From: Candidatus Poribacteria bacterium
GTDB taxonomy: Bacteria > Poribacteria > WGA-4E > PCPOR2b
Direction of reading: 5' to 3'
DNA length: 64,000 nucleotides
NCBI GenBank assembly: GCA_965208675.1
Contig: OZ242351.1
Coordinates: 64,001-128,000 of the forward strand
The stretch's first letter is position 1; each line of letters starts with the position of its first letter. Position numbers and translations under genes: made by a program. The notes below the pieces were generated by a model. The model was not told the DNA's origin and made no database searches. It was given only the letters and a program-made list of their open reading frames with translations. Shown here piece after piece: positions 19,560 through 32,482 of this stretch.

Positions 19560-21069
19560 GATTATTCTCCGTCTGTGTAGTGGATTAACGTTGAAACATC
19601 ACCCGATTCTCCGCGCGCAATCTACAGGATACTACTGTCGAATAGAACTGTCAAGAATTATGCCCCGACCGGAGACCAATACGGGTTTTAAGCTCCTGTA
19701 GGCTGGGTAGAGCGATCAACTGAGCGAATAGCGAAGGCGATAGTCTTCTCCGAAACCCAACGCTTTTCAAACCTCACCCATCCCAATTGATTACCAAACA
19801 CCGAAACCGCTGCTAATCCCGGACAACCCTTTTTCCATGTACCTACCCCCAATGTTTGGACAGTCATACTTGTCCATTAAGGTGTAAGCGTTGAAGATTG
19901 GTTAATCAACCCTGTATCGGAGATTGAAGTTGAATAAACTGCGCGGTCCATCCCGGTAGGCTCTGTTTCCAACCGCAACGCACAATACACATATCCTAAC
20001 CGTTTACGCATTTCGCTTTACCCTTTACTCTTTACCGTAAACGCGACCAAGCGAGTGGATAGCGAACGCGATAGAGATCCCCTTCCTACCCGCACCCGAT
20101 ACCGCCCGGTAATTACCGGAAAAAATTTAATTTTTTTCTTGAAAACGTCTGTCCCACAAAAAAAGTTATCCATTGACTGACATAATCCTCCCCTAATAGC
20201 TCCTCATGTGTCCCAATATGGGACGAAATCCCATATTGGGAAAACGCCCCCATCCCGCGTCATTACAGGCTTATCCGCTATTTCTGCCAATCTTGTCAGT
20301 CCCATTATGAGACTTTTTCAACCCGCACCCTGTCACGTTACCGTCCGTCTGACTCCTTCCCATACCCATCAAAGCCAAGCTACCACTGGATTTCTATGCC
20401 TCTACAGAGTTGCACCCTTCCTTAGTCCGACCGTTGGCACGGTTTTTGCCATAGTAAAGAGGAGGCAGATCGTCTTTCTCTGATCCGGCTGGTTCCGGAG
20501 ATTTACGCATCTTATAATCTTTCCCGCGGCAGGAGGCGGCATCACGGCTCCGTGATGCCTGCCGCTCCCCTTCTCCGGGGAATGGAAGGAGTTCCTGTAG
20601 GTTGGGTAGAGCGGAAATGGTAAACAGATGCAGAAATTTGTAGGCGGTTCGTATGTTGAGGTTGTCCGGTAAATGTTTATGGTGTAGCGAAACCCAACGA
20701 TTTTGAAACCTTTCGATTGCCGAATGCCAGTCGCCCACCGCCGGGACAATCAGAACAATAAAAACGATGAGTATGTTAGAAAATCCGGGCGGTGCATTGG
20801 ACACGGAATTTGGTTGGAATACAGAAGGAAAAAAAATGCGTTGGGTTTAGCTCTTGTCGGCGTGTTTCTCGCTGGAGCCAATGGCGGTCGATTGGGCATG
20901 AATTACGCATTTACTTGAGAGTCCAGAGGTAACTTTTTTTATCTTGTAACGTTAGTGTTTACATCTGCCATATCACGGCGACTGATGTAGATGGCGAATC
21001 ACAAACCGTGGTGACGAAATTCAACCTGATTCGTTAGGTTTTGGCCGAGGGTCTAGGAGAGAACGAAGA

Positions 21070-22215
21070 ATGCACACGACAGTCAATCATCAACCTACAC
21101 CAAAGCATGTTCTCATCAGCGTTGTCGGACTCTCACCGCAAGTAATCACGGAGACCCTCTACTACTACTGGTGCATCGCCTCGCCGCCTATTCCAATCGC
21201 CGAAGTATTTGCCTTGACTACACTGCGCGGCAAGCTGGCTTTGGAAGATACACTTCTCGGTGATAACGGAAAACTCAATGCTCTTTGCAGCGACTACAAT
21301 CTACCGCCAATTCGCTTCGATCTAGCGAATATTCATCTCCTCAAGGGTGCAGACGGACAGCCGCTAGCGGATATTTCGAGTGTGATTGACAACGAAGCCC
21401 TTGCAAATCAACTTTTCGCATTCATCCGAAAGTTGGCGGCTTCAACCGATATTTGTCTGCACGCTTCTATCGCGGGTGGACGCAAAACTATGGGGTTTTA
21501 TATCGGCTTGGCGATGCAATTTTACGGCAGACCGGGCGATAAACTTTCTCACGTCCTCGTGAATCCTGAACTTGAAAATCAGGAGTTTTTCTATCCGCCG
21601 CCAAACGGTGCCGATGTTGTTTTGAGCGATGGACGGATAATCCCTGCGGGCGAGATTCGACTTGAGTTGGCAGAAATCCCGCTCTTGCTACTTGGGGAGA
21701 AAATCCCTTTTATTGAGAAACATGTTGGTGCCGGCTACACGGAGTTAATCGAGATTGCTCAAAGGGAGTATGATGCGTTGCAAGCGATCGCCCCCGTCGT
21801 TGTTAACATATTTTCTCGTTGCTTAGAAATTGGAGACGTTACTATTAATCTCACACCCCTTGAACTCGCACTCTATCTGTTTTTTGCACGCCGACATATA
21901 GAAGAGGGAGGGGACCAAAGATATTCCATTTCACGTTCTGATATTCGAAGGGGACTTCTAACAAATGCACTTATAGAAATGGTCTCTCAAATTCCCGCGC
22001 GTGACTACCGCCTAGAGAGGTTGATAGGTTGGAAAAACGATTCAATTGCCCGCTTTTCGCAAACTCGATCGAATATCAACAGAAAAATTGGAGAAGGACT
22101 AGGTGAAGCCCACTCTACTCACTATCAAATCCAAGCTTGGAATCCTTTATCAAACCAAGACGAAATCTGTTATGGACTGACAATTGCCAAGGATCGTATC
22201 CATCTGCATTCATAA
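21070..22215 (+). CDS. CRISPR-associated CARF protein, NE0113/TIGR02584 type, with C-terminal wHTH-like region
   Basis: GLSPQVITETLY, HASIAGGRKTMG, DKLSHVLV..EFFYP; C-terminal LTPLELALY..SNINRKI; no RxxxxH HEPN motif recognised. Confidence 0.85.
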   Translation: MHTTVNHQPTPKHVLISVVGLSPQVITETLYYYWCIASPPIPIAEVFALTTLRGKLALEDTLLGDNGKLNALCSDYNLPPIRFDLANIHLLKGADGQPLADISSVIDNEALANQLFAFIRKLAASTDICLHASIAGGRKTMGFYIGLAMQFYGRPGDKLSHVLVNPELENQEFFYPPPNGADVVLSDGRIIPAGEIRLELAEIPLLLLGEKIPFIEKHVGAGYTELIEIAQREYDALQAIAPVVVNIFSRCLEIGDVTINLTPLELALYLFFARRHIEEGGDQRYSISRSDIRRGLLTNALIEMVSQIPARDYRLERLIGWKNDSIARFSQTRSNINRKIGEGLGEAHSTHYQIQAWNPLSNQDEICYGLTIAKDRIHLHS

Positions 22216-22308
22216 GGACATGTTCATGTTAAGAAATCATGCTATAGAAACCGAGTTTTTTCTTCAAAACTCGGTTTCTCTTCGTGCTCTTTTTCCAAGA
22301 ACCGTAGA

Positions 22309-22378
22309 ATAAAAACTGAGTTGCTACGATAAAAACTGAATTGTTAACCTTGAATGCTCGCAAAATGGGGCGTATATT
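22309..22378 (+). promoter_or_regulatory. Two direct repeats ATAAAAACTGA(G/A)TTG(C/T)TA, 20-bp period, immediately upstream of a TTGAAT-17-TATATT promoter for cas10
   Basis: Repeats at 22309 and 22329; -35 at 22350, -10 at 22373. Confidence 0.6.
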
Positions 22379-22413
22379 TTACGTCAAAATCTCGAAACTC
22401 TAAAGGTGACCAC

Positions 22414-25204
<2,791 letters not shown>

Positions 25205-25225
25205 ATGTAACGAAGGAGGACAGAC

Positions 25226-26035
25226 ATGGCAAGTATTCAACTTCAAGGGAAAATCTTTATCATAGGCGAAATTGAAACGACTACAGGGTTGCACATCGGC
25301 GGGAGTGCTGGCGAATTAGACATAGGGGGCGTCGATAACCCTGTCATCCGAAATCCGCTCACTCGTGAGCCGTATATCCCCGGTTCATCTCTGCGCGGCA
25401 AGATGCGGTCCCTGCTTGACCGACACCACAGCAGGGAATTAAATCAACCTATAAATCAAGTTCGTATTCATCAATGTAAAACACCTGATGCTTACAGAGG
25501 TTGTCCTATTTGTCCTGTGTTCGGTGTTGCGGCTGAGTTTAGCGGTTTACTCCCCACACGCCTGATTGTCCGCGACGCACTGCTTACGTCTGAAACGAGA
25601 GAACGGTTTGACGAAATAGATACCGACATGCCGTACACTGAGATCAAAACCGAAGTCGTAATCGACCGCATCACTTCCGCAGCAACGCCGCGCCAAAACG
25701 AGCGTGTGCCCGCAGAAGCAACGTTCGGTCCAATGGAGATGGTTCACAGCCTTTATTCCATAGACACCGATGCCGAGGGAAACCTTGACCGTGAAATCGC
25801 ACTTTTTGACACGGTATTGACGGGCATGGAACTGCTCGAAGATGACTACCTCGGCGGCTCCGGATCGCGCGGCTCCGGGAAAATTGCCTTCCGTGATTTG
25901 GAGATGACTTTCAAATCCCGCAAACATTACGAGGATTCGCGGTCAGTACCCATTACGCTTGCCGAAGGGGATGGAGTTGCAGCCTTACGGAATGTGGATT
26001 ACCAAAGCCAAATTTCAGAAGCAGTCCAAGCATAG
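25226..26035 (+). CDS. csm3: Csm3 backbone RNase
   Basis: TGLHIGG, IGGVDNPVIRNP (catalytic Asp), PYIPGSSLRGKMR, YLGGSGSRGSG. Confidence 0.95.
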   Translation: MASIQLQGKIFIIGEIETTTGLHIGGSAGELDIGGVDNPVIRNPLTREPYIPGSSLRGKMRSLLDRHHSRELNQPINQVRIHQCKTPDAYRGCPICPVFGVAAEFSGLLPTRLIVRDALLTSETRERFDEIDTDMPYTEIKTEVVIDRITSAATPRQNERVPAEATFGPMEMVHSLYSIDTDAEGNLDREIALFDTVLTGMELLEDDYLGGSGSRGSGKIAFRDLEMTFKSRKHYEDSRSVPITLAEGDGVAALRNVDYQSQISEAVQA

Positions 26036-26046
26036 GGAGGGGCTTC

Positions 26047-27033
26047 ATGTCAACACATGCCACCTACTATCTCAACTTCCGTTCCCCTCTCCATCTTGGG
26101 CGGCGCGGAGTTGGGTTGGAGGAAACCGGAATTTCAATCCCTGCTGACACCCTCTTTTCGGCAATTTGTCAAACGTGGCGGACGTTTTACGGGGAAGAGT
26201 CTCTCACCGCTTTTTTGGCTCAATACGAATCCGATGAACCGTTTCTGTTGACCTCCGCCTTTCCATTTGCGGGGGACACCAGATTCTTCCCCAAGCCGTT
26301 AATCGATCTTGATGTTAATGCGGACGATGACCGCAAAACACTCAAGAAAGTTCGTTATCTCTCCGAGAGTCGTTTTCGTCAAATTGTGGACGGTAAGTTG
26401 AGTGCGCCTCACCACGCTGACTCAATAACGGACAAAGACTTAATCAATGACGGGCAACTCTGGGTGCACGACGATGACAAGTGCCCGCGCGCGGTTTGGA
26501 AAACGGACAAAAGACCGCGCGTGACGCTTGACCGTCAATCGTCCGCATCGGAAATTTGGCACCTGAAAGCTGTCAAGTTCGAAGAAGAATGTGGGCTGTG
26601 GTTCGCTACAAAATTCGAGGCAGAGGAGATTCAATCGCAAATCGAAACGATTCTCCGTGTCCTCGGTGACACGGGCATCGGTGGTGAGCGGAGTGCGGGG
26701 TACGGCACCTTCGATTTCCATAGTAAAACTGCCGACATTGAACCAAACTCGGGATTGAATCGGTTTGTCACGCTTTCACCAATCTGTCCGCGAAATGCCG
26801 AAGAGTTGGAATGTCTCCTCCAAGGCAATGTCGGATATACGCTAGAGGAACGCTCCGGCTGGATCGGTTCTACTGAGGGGAATGGCCTGCGTCGTCGGCA
26901 GGTCTGGGCGTTTGCTGAAGGCTCCGTGTTAAGCGGGAATGGCGCGGGAGTTGGTCGTCTCGTTGACCTACAACCGGAGGCATGTCCGCATCCGGTCTGG
27001 CGGTACGCCTACGCTTGGCCCATAAAGATATAG
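26047..27033 (+). CDS. csm4: Csm4
   Basis: ADTLFSA, LTSAFPF, FFPKP, GIGGERSAGYG, FAEGSV, HPVWRY. Confidence 0.95.
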   Translation: MSTHATYYLNFRSPLHLGRRGVGLEETGISIPADTLFSAICQTWRTFYGEESLTAFLAQYESDEPFLLTSAFPFAGDTRFFPKPLIDLDVNADDDRKTLKKVRYLSESRFRQIVDGKLSAPHHADSITDKDLINDGQLWVHDDDKCPRAVWKTDKRPRVTLDRQSSASEIWHLKAVKFEEECGLWFATKFEAEEIQSQIETILRVLGDTGIGGERSAGYGTFDFHSKTADIEPNSGLNRFVTLSPICPRNAEELECLLQGNVGYTLEERSGWIGSTEGNGLRRRQVWAFAEGSVLSGNGAGVGRLVDLQPEACPHPVWRYAYAWPIKI

Positions 27034-27338
27034 AAAACGCAAGCGCTAACCCGACCTAATGTCCGTAAGTCGAGATTTATTTCTCGACACCAAATGTCTT
27101 TCGCTCCAGAGGAGCGATATGTCTATAGAAGGATGATACGTCCAATGCTCGCGCTCCAGCGGAGCGCAATTTACAGGATTCACGAGTTCAGTCAACCAAT
27201 GCGCGGACAAAATCATTGCAATATGAGACTTTACGTTTTCTATCCTGTAAATCCTTAAATCCTGAGCATCCTGATTCAGACAATATCATCATTTCAATCA
27301 GCCAATGGACTAATGAACCACTACAATTGGAGTGAATT
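27034..27338. repeat. REP-filled intergenic gap inside the csm operon (GTAAGTCGAG..CTCGAC; two CTCCAG(A/C)GGAGCG hairpins; AATCCTG units)
   Basis: Non-coding gap with several short palindromes. Confidence 0.55.
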
Positions 27339-28448
27339 ATGAAATACCAACTAAAAACCATCACGCCCGTCCATATCGGTACGGGAGAAACGTTAAGCCA
27401 AATTGACGGATTCTACGACAATGGAGGTTGGCATCGGATTGACATTGATGCGGTACTGGCAGCTATCCCTGAATCTGAACTAAATCGCCTCACCAATGCG
27501 ATGGGCGGTCGCGACTTTCAATGGGGGAGATACCTTCCAACGAATCAACCATCAGCGCGTTATTCGCTCACTTGCCCCGAAGACCCGCGGGAAACGGAAA
27601 TCCGTGAGGCGATTAAACACCCTTCAAACCGACCGATGATTCCCGGCAGCAGCATCAAAGGCGCGATTCGCACCGTATTGCTGTGGGATCTCATCGGTGA
27701 TAGTAATCAGGAATCCTTCAAGTATTCAGTCAACTATTTGAAAGAACAACTACAGCGGAAACCGAATCGGAGTTGGGTCGGACAAAAAATTGAACGCCGC
27801 GTGCTTGGCAAAGATCCGAACCACGACGTGATGCGAGTTGTGCAGATCAGCGATACCGCGCCAATTCCTATCGAAGCCCTAAAAATAAGCGTGGCGTGGA
27901 CCGTTACACTTAATCAAAAGGGTGAACTTATTCAGAAAATGGAAACTGGACGTGAGTACAAAACCTTTGTTGAACATATCCGCGCCGAGCAGACATTCGA
28001 CTTCTCAATCAAAATTGATAAATCTCTATTCGGTCAGCGAGAAAAACGCGAACTCGGATACAACGATCAGCAGGAGCAGGTGGTCTGTGGTGAACTCGCC
28101 GATGTGTGCAATTTCGTGGCGAAAGATCTTGCGGATGAGGAGGCAAAGTTCTACGGTTATTACAGCATGCCTGAACTTACTAATTTTTATGAATCACTCT
28201 CAAACCAATTCGAGAATTTACGAGATGGTGCATTTATCCTTCCAATTGGTTGGGGAACAGGGTATCGCGCTAAAACGGTCACCGAACTGTTGACCCAAGA
28301 TGACAATGATTTATTGGGGGATTTGCGGAGACACTACCGTCTGGGCAGAAGACACCATACTGAATTCCCGAAAACCCGTCGGATTTTGTATGACGGACAA
28401 AAACCAAAATCCCCGCTCGGCTGGGTACAAATCACACCCAAGGAGTAG
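27339..28448 (+). CDS. csm5: Csm5
   Basis: TITPVHIGTG, IPGSSIKGAIRT, IGWGTG, FPKTRR, PLGWV. Confidence 0.93.
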   Translation: MKYQLKTITPVHIGTGETLSQIDGFYDNGGWHRIDIDAVLAAIPESELNRLTNAMGGRDFQWGRYLPTNQPSARYSLTCPEDPRETEIREAIKHPSNRPMIPGSSIKGAIRTVLLWDLIGDSNQESFKYSVNYLKEQLQRKPNRSWVGQKIERRVLGKDPNHDVMRVVQISDTAPIPIEALKISVAWTVTLNQKGELIQKMETGREYKTFVEHIRAEQTFDFSIKIDKSLFGQREKRELGYNDQQEQVVCGELADVCNFVAKDLADEEAKFYGYYSMPELTNFYESLSNQFENLRDGAFILPIGWGTGYRAKTVTELLTQDDNDLLGDLRRHYRLGRRHHTEFPKTRRILYDGQKPKSPLGWVQITPKE

Positions 28449-28453
28449 ATGCC

Positions 28454-29698
28454 ATGAAAGCATTCACATTTCTCGGACGCGGCAAACTTTACGAAAGCAT
28501 TTACACCTACGATGAGCAATTTTGCAAAACTCGATTTTTTGCGGAAGCACTCGTCTCGTTTTTTGAGCCCGATACACTCGTTGTTCTCACCACAGATAAA
28601 GCGTCTCAAGAATCCGTATCCGAAACGGATAAAACCGATAGGCTCGCCGCCATTCAGAATCTATTAGACGGTAAAACGGAGGTTATCCCGGTAACAATTC
28701 CAGAGGGCGAAAGCGAAAATCAACTGTGGGAGATTTTCAACACAGTTGTCAGCGAAATCCAAGATGAGGACCGCGTGCTATTCGATATCACGCACGGCTT
28801 CCGATCGCTTCCATTTCTGACGTTTCTCGCGTTGGCATACGTGCGGAATGTCAAAAGAAACGTAGAGATTGAGCGAGTGGTCTACGGCGCGTATGAAGCG
28901 GTTGAACGAGATAATCCGTACAAACCTGTCTTTGACCTGACACCGTTTATCGGCTTATTGGATTGGATAGGAGCTGTCTCTGTGTTTCAGCAAACAGGTA
29001 ATGCACAAACCATCGCTAAACTTATAGCAGATGCGCAAAATCGGCCTTACCGGCTCCGCTTGTCAGGTGATTTACCTACCCGTTTGCAGAGTCTGGCACG
29101 CGGATTAAGCAATCTATCCGATGCACTTCTGACCAACCGCATCCTAGAGACACAAACCGCCGCCGCGAATTTGGCAACTCAACTTGATAAAGCGAAACCG
29201 GAGGTTGATGAGTGGGCGAAACCTTTTGATGTCCTACTGAATCAGATGCGGAGGACCTATCAACCGCTCGCACTTCAAAACCCGGAAACGCCAGAGAACC
29301 GGAGGGAAAGCTTGATTGGGCAGTATCACCAGATTAAATGGTATATACAGAATCAGCAGTATCTTCAAGCTATCACGCTTGCAAGGGAATGGCTAATTTC
29401 TTTTGGTTGTTATCAATTAAACAGGGATTGGATTCGCGAGCGGAGAAAGGTTGAAGAGATGATGGGAGAATGCGGGCGTGCAAAGCGCGAGAAACGCGCT
29501 TTACCAAATCTTCCAATAATTAATATAAAGCACGGCGTGAAATCTATTGAACTCTTTAATGACCTGCACAATCTCAGAAATGACCTGGCACACTGTGGTA
29601 TGCGTTCCAATCCAATATCTGCCAATCGAGCAATCATTCAGGTCGAAAAGATCGTTGAGAGGTTAAACGACCTCGTTCGCGACATTCAAAGTGCCTAA
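28454..29698 (+). CDS. csx1: Csx1/TM1812-type CARF-HEPN cOA-activated RNase
   Basis: FDITHGFRSLP (DxTHG), VYGAYEA, FDLTPF, HEPN RNDLAH. Confidence 0.9.
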   Translation: MKAFTFLGRGKLYESIYTYDEQFCKTRFFAEALVSFFEPDTLVVLTTDKASQESVSETDKTDRLAAIQNLLDGKTEVIPVTIPEGESENQLWEIFNTVVSEIQDEDRVLFDITHGFRSLPFLTFLALAYVRNVKRNVEIERVVYGAYEAVERDNPYKPVFDLTPFIGLLDWIGAVSVFQQTGNAQTIAKLIADAQNRPYRLRLSGDLPTRLQSLARGLSNLSDALLTNRILETQTAAANLATQLDKAKPEVDEWAKPFDVLLNQMRRTYQPLALQNPETPENRRESLIGQYHQIKWYIQNQQYLQAITLAREWLISFGCYQLNRDWIRERRKVEEMMGECGRAKREKRALPNLPIINIKHGVKSIELFNDLHNLRNDLAHCGMRSNPISANRAIIQVEKIVERLNDLVRDIQSA

Positions 29699-29713
29699 GT
29701 TTCGGAGCTAAAA

Positions 29714-30166
29714 ATGCACATTTTCATTACCCCGTTTGGTATGTCCTACGGTGTACTCTACTCAGGTATCCTCCTCACTAAACCTGACCACGCCATCGTG
29801 TTGACGAGCCCGGTGGCAGCAAAAAACGTGGAAATCACCGTCGCCGCCGCACGGAAAATTCATCCTAACTTCACTGTTGAAATTTACACGATCGAAGACC
29901 CGTTCGCTGGGTTTGTACAAGGCCGTCAGTTGGCAATAATGCTCGCACAGCAACTGTGTGCGCATGAAGATGGGAATGAAAACCGATATACTGTTTCGAT
30001 TACGGGCGGCACAACCGCGCTGCAAGATGCTGCCAAATGTCTTGCAGATCAACTTCAGGCGCGTCAGGTTGCATTAATCGATCGGCGCAATTAGGAGGAA
30101 AAACGGACGAATCCATTAGTGGTCGGTGAATTGATTGAGATTTCGAAAGGTTGTACTTCCTCATAA
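29714..30166 (+). pseudogene. Small standalone CARF-fold protein (putative ring nuclease) with an internal TAG at 30092-30094
   Basis: ITPFGMSYG, VSITGGTT; frame continues past the TAG as EEKRTNPLVVGELIEI to TAA 30166. Confidence 0.55.
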
Positions 30167-30259
30167 CATTCCCCGCTAGGGACAAACTTAGATGATAGAT
30201 CCACATAACCGAACACGGTTTCCTTGTTCACTCACGAATAATGTCCCGGAGGTAACCCC

Positions 30260-31027
30260 ATGCGAATCAAAATAACATGCGGCATCGGCAAGGGCATTGT
30301 CCTTCCGATTAACTACAACCACCTTCTTACAGGGGTTATCTATCAATTCCTCAAGGAATCCGATCCCGAATATGCCGATTTCCTCCACCATACCGGCTAT
30401 GAACTCGAGAATCGGCGTTTCAAACTGTTCACATTCTCCCAGCTAATGGCAAAACGGCGAGAAATCCGAGGCGATCGAATCCACTTCCGTTCACCGCTGA
30501 CGTGGTTCGTCTCCTCCTCCCAGGAGCCGTTTCTACAAAACTTCGCTGCCTCGCTGATGGGGACTGGAATCCTACGAATTGAGCGTCACAGCCTTCGCGT
30601 CCAAGATGTCGAGGCACTGCGTCAACCCCGCTTTGGACAGAAGATGGCTTTCCGATGCATTTCGCCGATTACAATGTCCACCAAACGCGAGCACGACGGC
30701 AAACTGGGCGCGCACTACTGCCTCCCCGATGACCCGCAGTTTTCCGACTTGGTTCGGCAGAACCTAATCCGGAAATTCGAAGCAGTGCACCAACGCCCGC
30801 CGACGGATAAATCGTTTGCGATGACCTTCGATCAGGCGTACATCGACAAACGGGAGGGACGCGTGACACGCTTAGTTGACTACAAAGGCATCAAAATTCG
30901 TGGTGTCGTCTCTCCCTTTCACGTCATCGGTGCACCCGAGTTAATCCGCGTCGGCTACGAATGCGGCTTTGGCGATAAAAATAGCGCGGGATTTGGGATG
31001 GTGGAGGTTTTAAGGCAAAAAGTGTGA
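30260..31027 (+). CDS. cas6: Cas6 endoribonuclease
   Basis: LPINYNH, FKLFTFS, GYECGFGDKNSAGFG. Confidence 0.95.
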   Translation: MRIKITCGIGKGIVLPINYNHLLTGVIYQFLKESDPEYADFLHHTGYELENRRFKLFTFSQLMAKRREIRGDRIHFRSPLTWFVSSSQEPFLQNFAASLMGTGILRIERHSLRVQDVEALRQPRFGQKMAFRCISPITMSTKREHDGKLGAHYCLPDDPQFSDLVRQNLIRKFEAVHQRPPTDKSFAMTFDQAYIDKREGRVTRLVDYKGIKIRGVVSPFHVIGAPELIRVGYECGFGDKNSAGFGMVEVLRQKV

Positions 31028-31097
31028 AATATATGTTGACTTAATATGTGCGGAGAGATTTGATTATGATTCAGTTTTCGCTGAAGGAAGGATACGA

Positions 31098-32480
31098 ATG
31101 GCAATATATGAAAAACTGATGGGCAATCCATTTGTTGATGCGGGGGTGAGTGCGATTTGTGCGTGGCTGGGACCAGGTACTCAACCAGAAGAGATCTCAA
31201 CCGAAGATTTGCAAATTCTGATAAATCAATTTGCTCCAATTTATTGTACCCCTGAATGGATTAAGAATCTCTATTCAATTTTTCCAAACAGTCCTGTTAC
31301 CTATACTGCGCGTGGAAGCAACGATAGCGTAACAAAACTTGTATCTAAATGGTCGAACTGGTGCAAGAAAATCGCGCCAATGAGTAAAACAGGTGATTGC
31401 CTTGGATGTGGACGCCGAGTGACAATGGAGAAATTACTTACAAAAACTGATGTGCCCTTAACCGGTTCGGGCAGCCTACGAAATTTCTTTCCGTTGTTTA
31501 GTGATGGGCAAGGGTATTGTGCCGCTTGTGCCTTGGCGGTTCAGTTTGTGCCGCTTTCCTTGGTTTCTAGTGGCGGTAAATTCCTTATGTTGCACTCAAA
31601 CGGTTGGCGGGTTCAAAGGAAGTGGTCGCAGATTTGCGTTTCCGATATTCAAAGTCGTGCTGCGCGAAATGAAATTACTGGCTGTTTCAGCCCGGGATAC
31701 ATCAATCCGCGTAACGGTCTATTTTACATGGCGAGACAATTGATTGATTATGAGGAACGTCGTGCTACCGAAAATATAACGATGCAAATTTTCTATTTTT
31801 CCAACTACAATCAAGGTCCAGAGCTTGAAATCTTTCATCTGCCAGCGCCGGTCTTCCGCTTCCTACGTTACGCTTACCAGACCGAATTTCGCCGGCCATG
31901 GCAACGAATCGTCCGAAGCGGATATCGGTATGTCAAATGGGACAAAGTTGAATCAGAGGAGGATTACAAAAACAAGATTAATCTCATTTACGAATTTTTG
32001 TTGCAAGGGCGATCCATCCTCCGATTTTTCATCAATAAACCTACTCGGAAGGCACGCAGTAACTGGGAATTACTTTCTCTTTACCTAAAGGAGGTTCGCA
32101 ACATGGATGAATCAAGACTTAACGCCATAAAGCAAGTTGGAGACTCGATCGCCGAAAGTATTCGTAAATCCGAACGTGACCGACGGCTCCGACAACTAGA
32201 ATCCGCCGCGAGTTATGGGCAATGTCGAAACGTCCTGCGGTTCGTGATTCGAGACCGTATTCAGCAAGGTGAGGAAAAACCACTCTTTTCGCTGGATGAC
32301 TACATTGAACATCTGTTTCCGGCATCGGCGGATCAGACGACATTTTGGCGGGAGACTCGTGACCTACTCGTTTTTCGGATTTATGAAACACTTCACGATT
32401 GGTTAGTTGCAAGTGGGTTTGCTGATGATACGGACGACCAATCTGAACAATCAACAGATGAATCACAGGAGGAAAATTAA
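31098..32480 (+). CDS. cas8b1: Type I-B large subunit Cas8b1/Cst1 (CxxC-CxxC)
   Basis: GNPFVDAG, CLGC..PLTGS..NFF..CAAC, FSNYNQGP. Confidence 0.85.
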   Translation: MAIYEKLMGNPFVDAGVSAICAWLGPGTQPEEISTEDLQILINQFAPIYCTPEWIKNLYSIFPNSPVTYTARGSNDSVTKLVSKWSNWCKKIAPMSKTGDCLGCGRRVTMEKLLTKTDVPLTGSGSLRNFFPLFSDGQGYCAACALAVQFVPLSLVSSGGKFLMLHSNGWRVQRKWSQICVSDIQSRAARNEITGCFSPGYINPRNGLFYMARQLIDYEERRATENITMQIFYFSNYNQGPELEIFHLPAPVFRFLRYAYQTEFRRPWQRIVRSGYRYVKWDKVESEEDYKNKINLIYEFLLQGRSILRFFINKPTRKARSNWELLSLYLKEVRNMDESRLNAIKQVGDSIAESIRKSERDRRLRQLESAASYGQCRNVLRFVIRDRIQQGEEKPLFSLDDYIEHLFPASADQTTFWRETRDLLVFRIYETLHDWLVASGFADDTDDQSEQSTDESQEEN

Positions 32481-32482
32481 TC

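Noticed and set aside
20962-21040. CTGATG...CGAAA inside a CACGG/CCGTG stem, suggesting a hammerhead ribozyme or riboswitch
   Set aside because: Core reads CTGATGT rather than CTGANGA and the stems do not fit; no riboswitch consensus recognised
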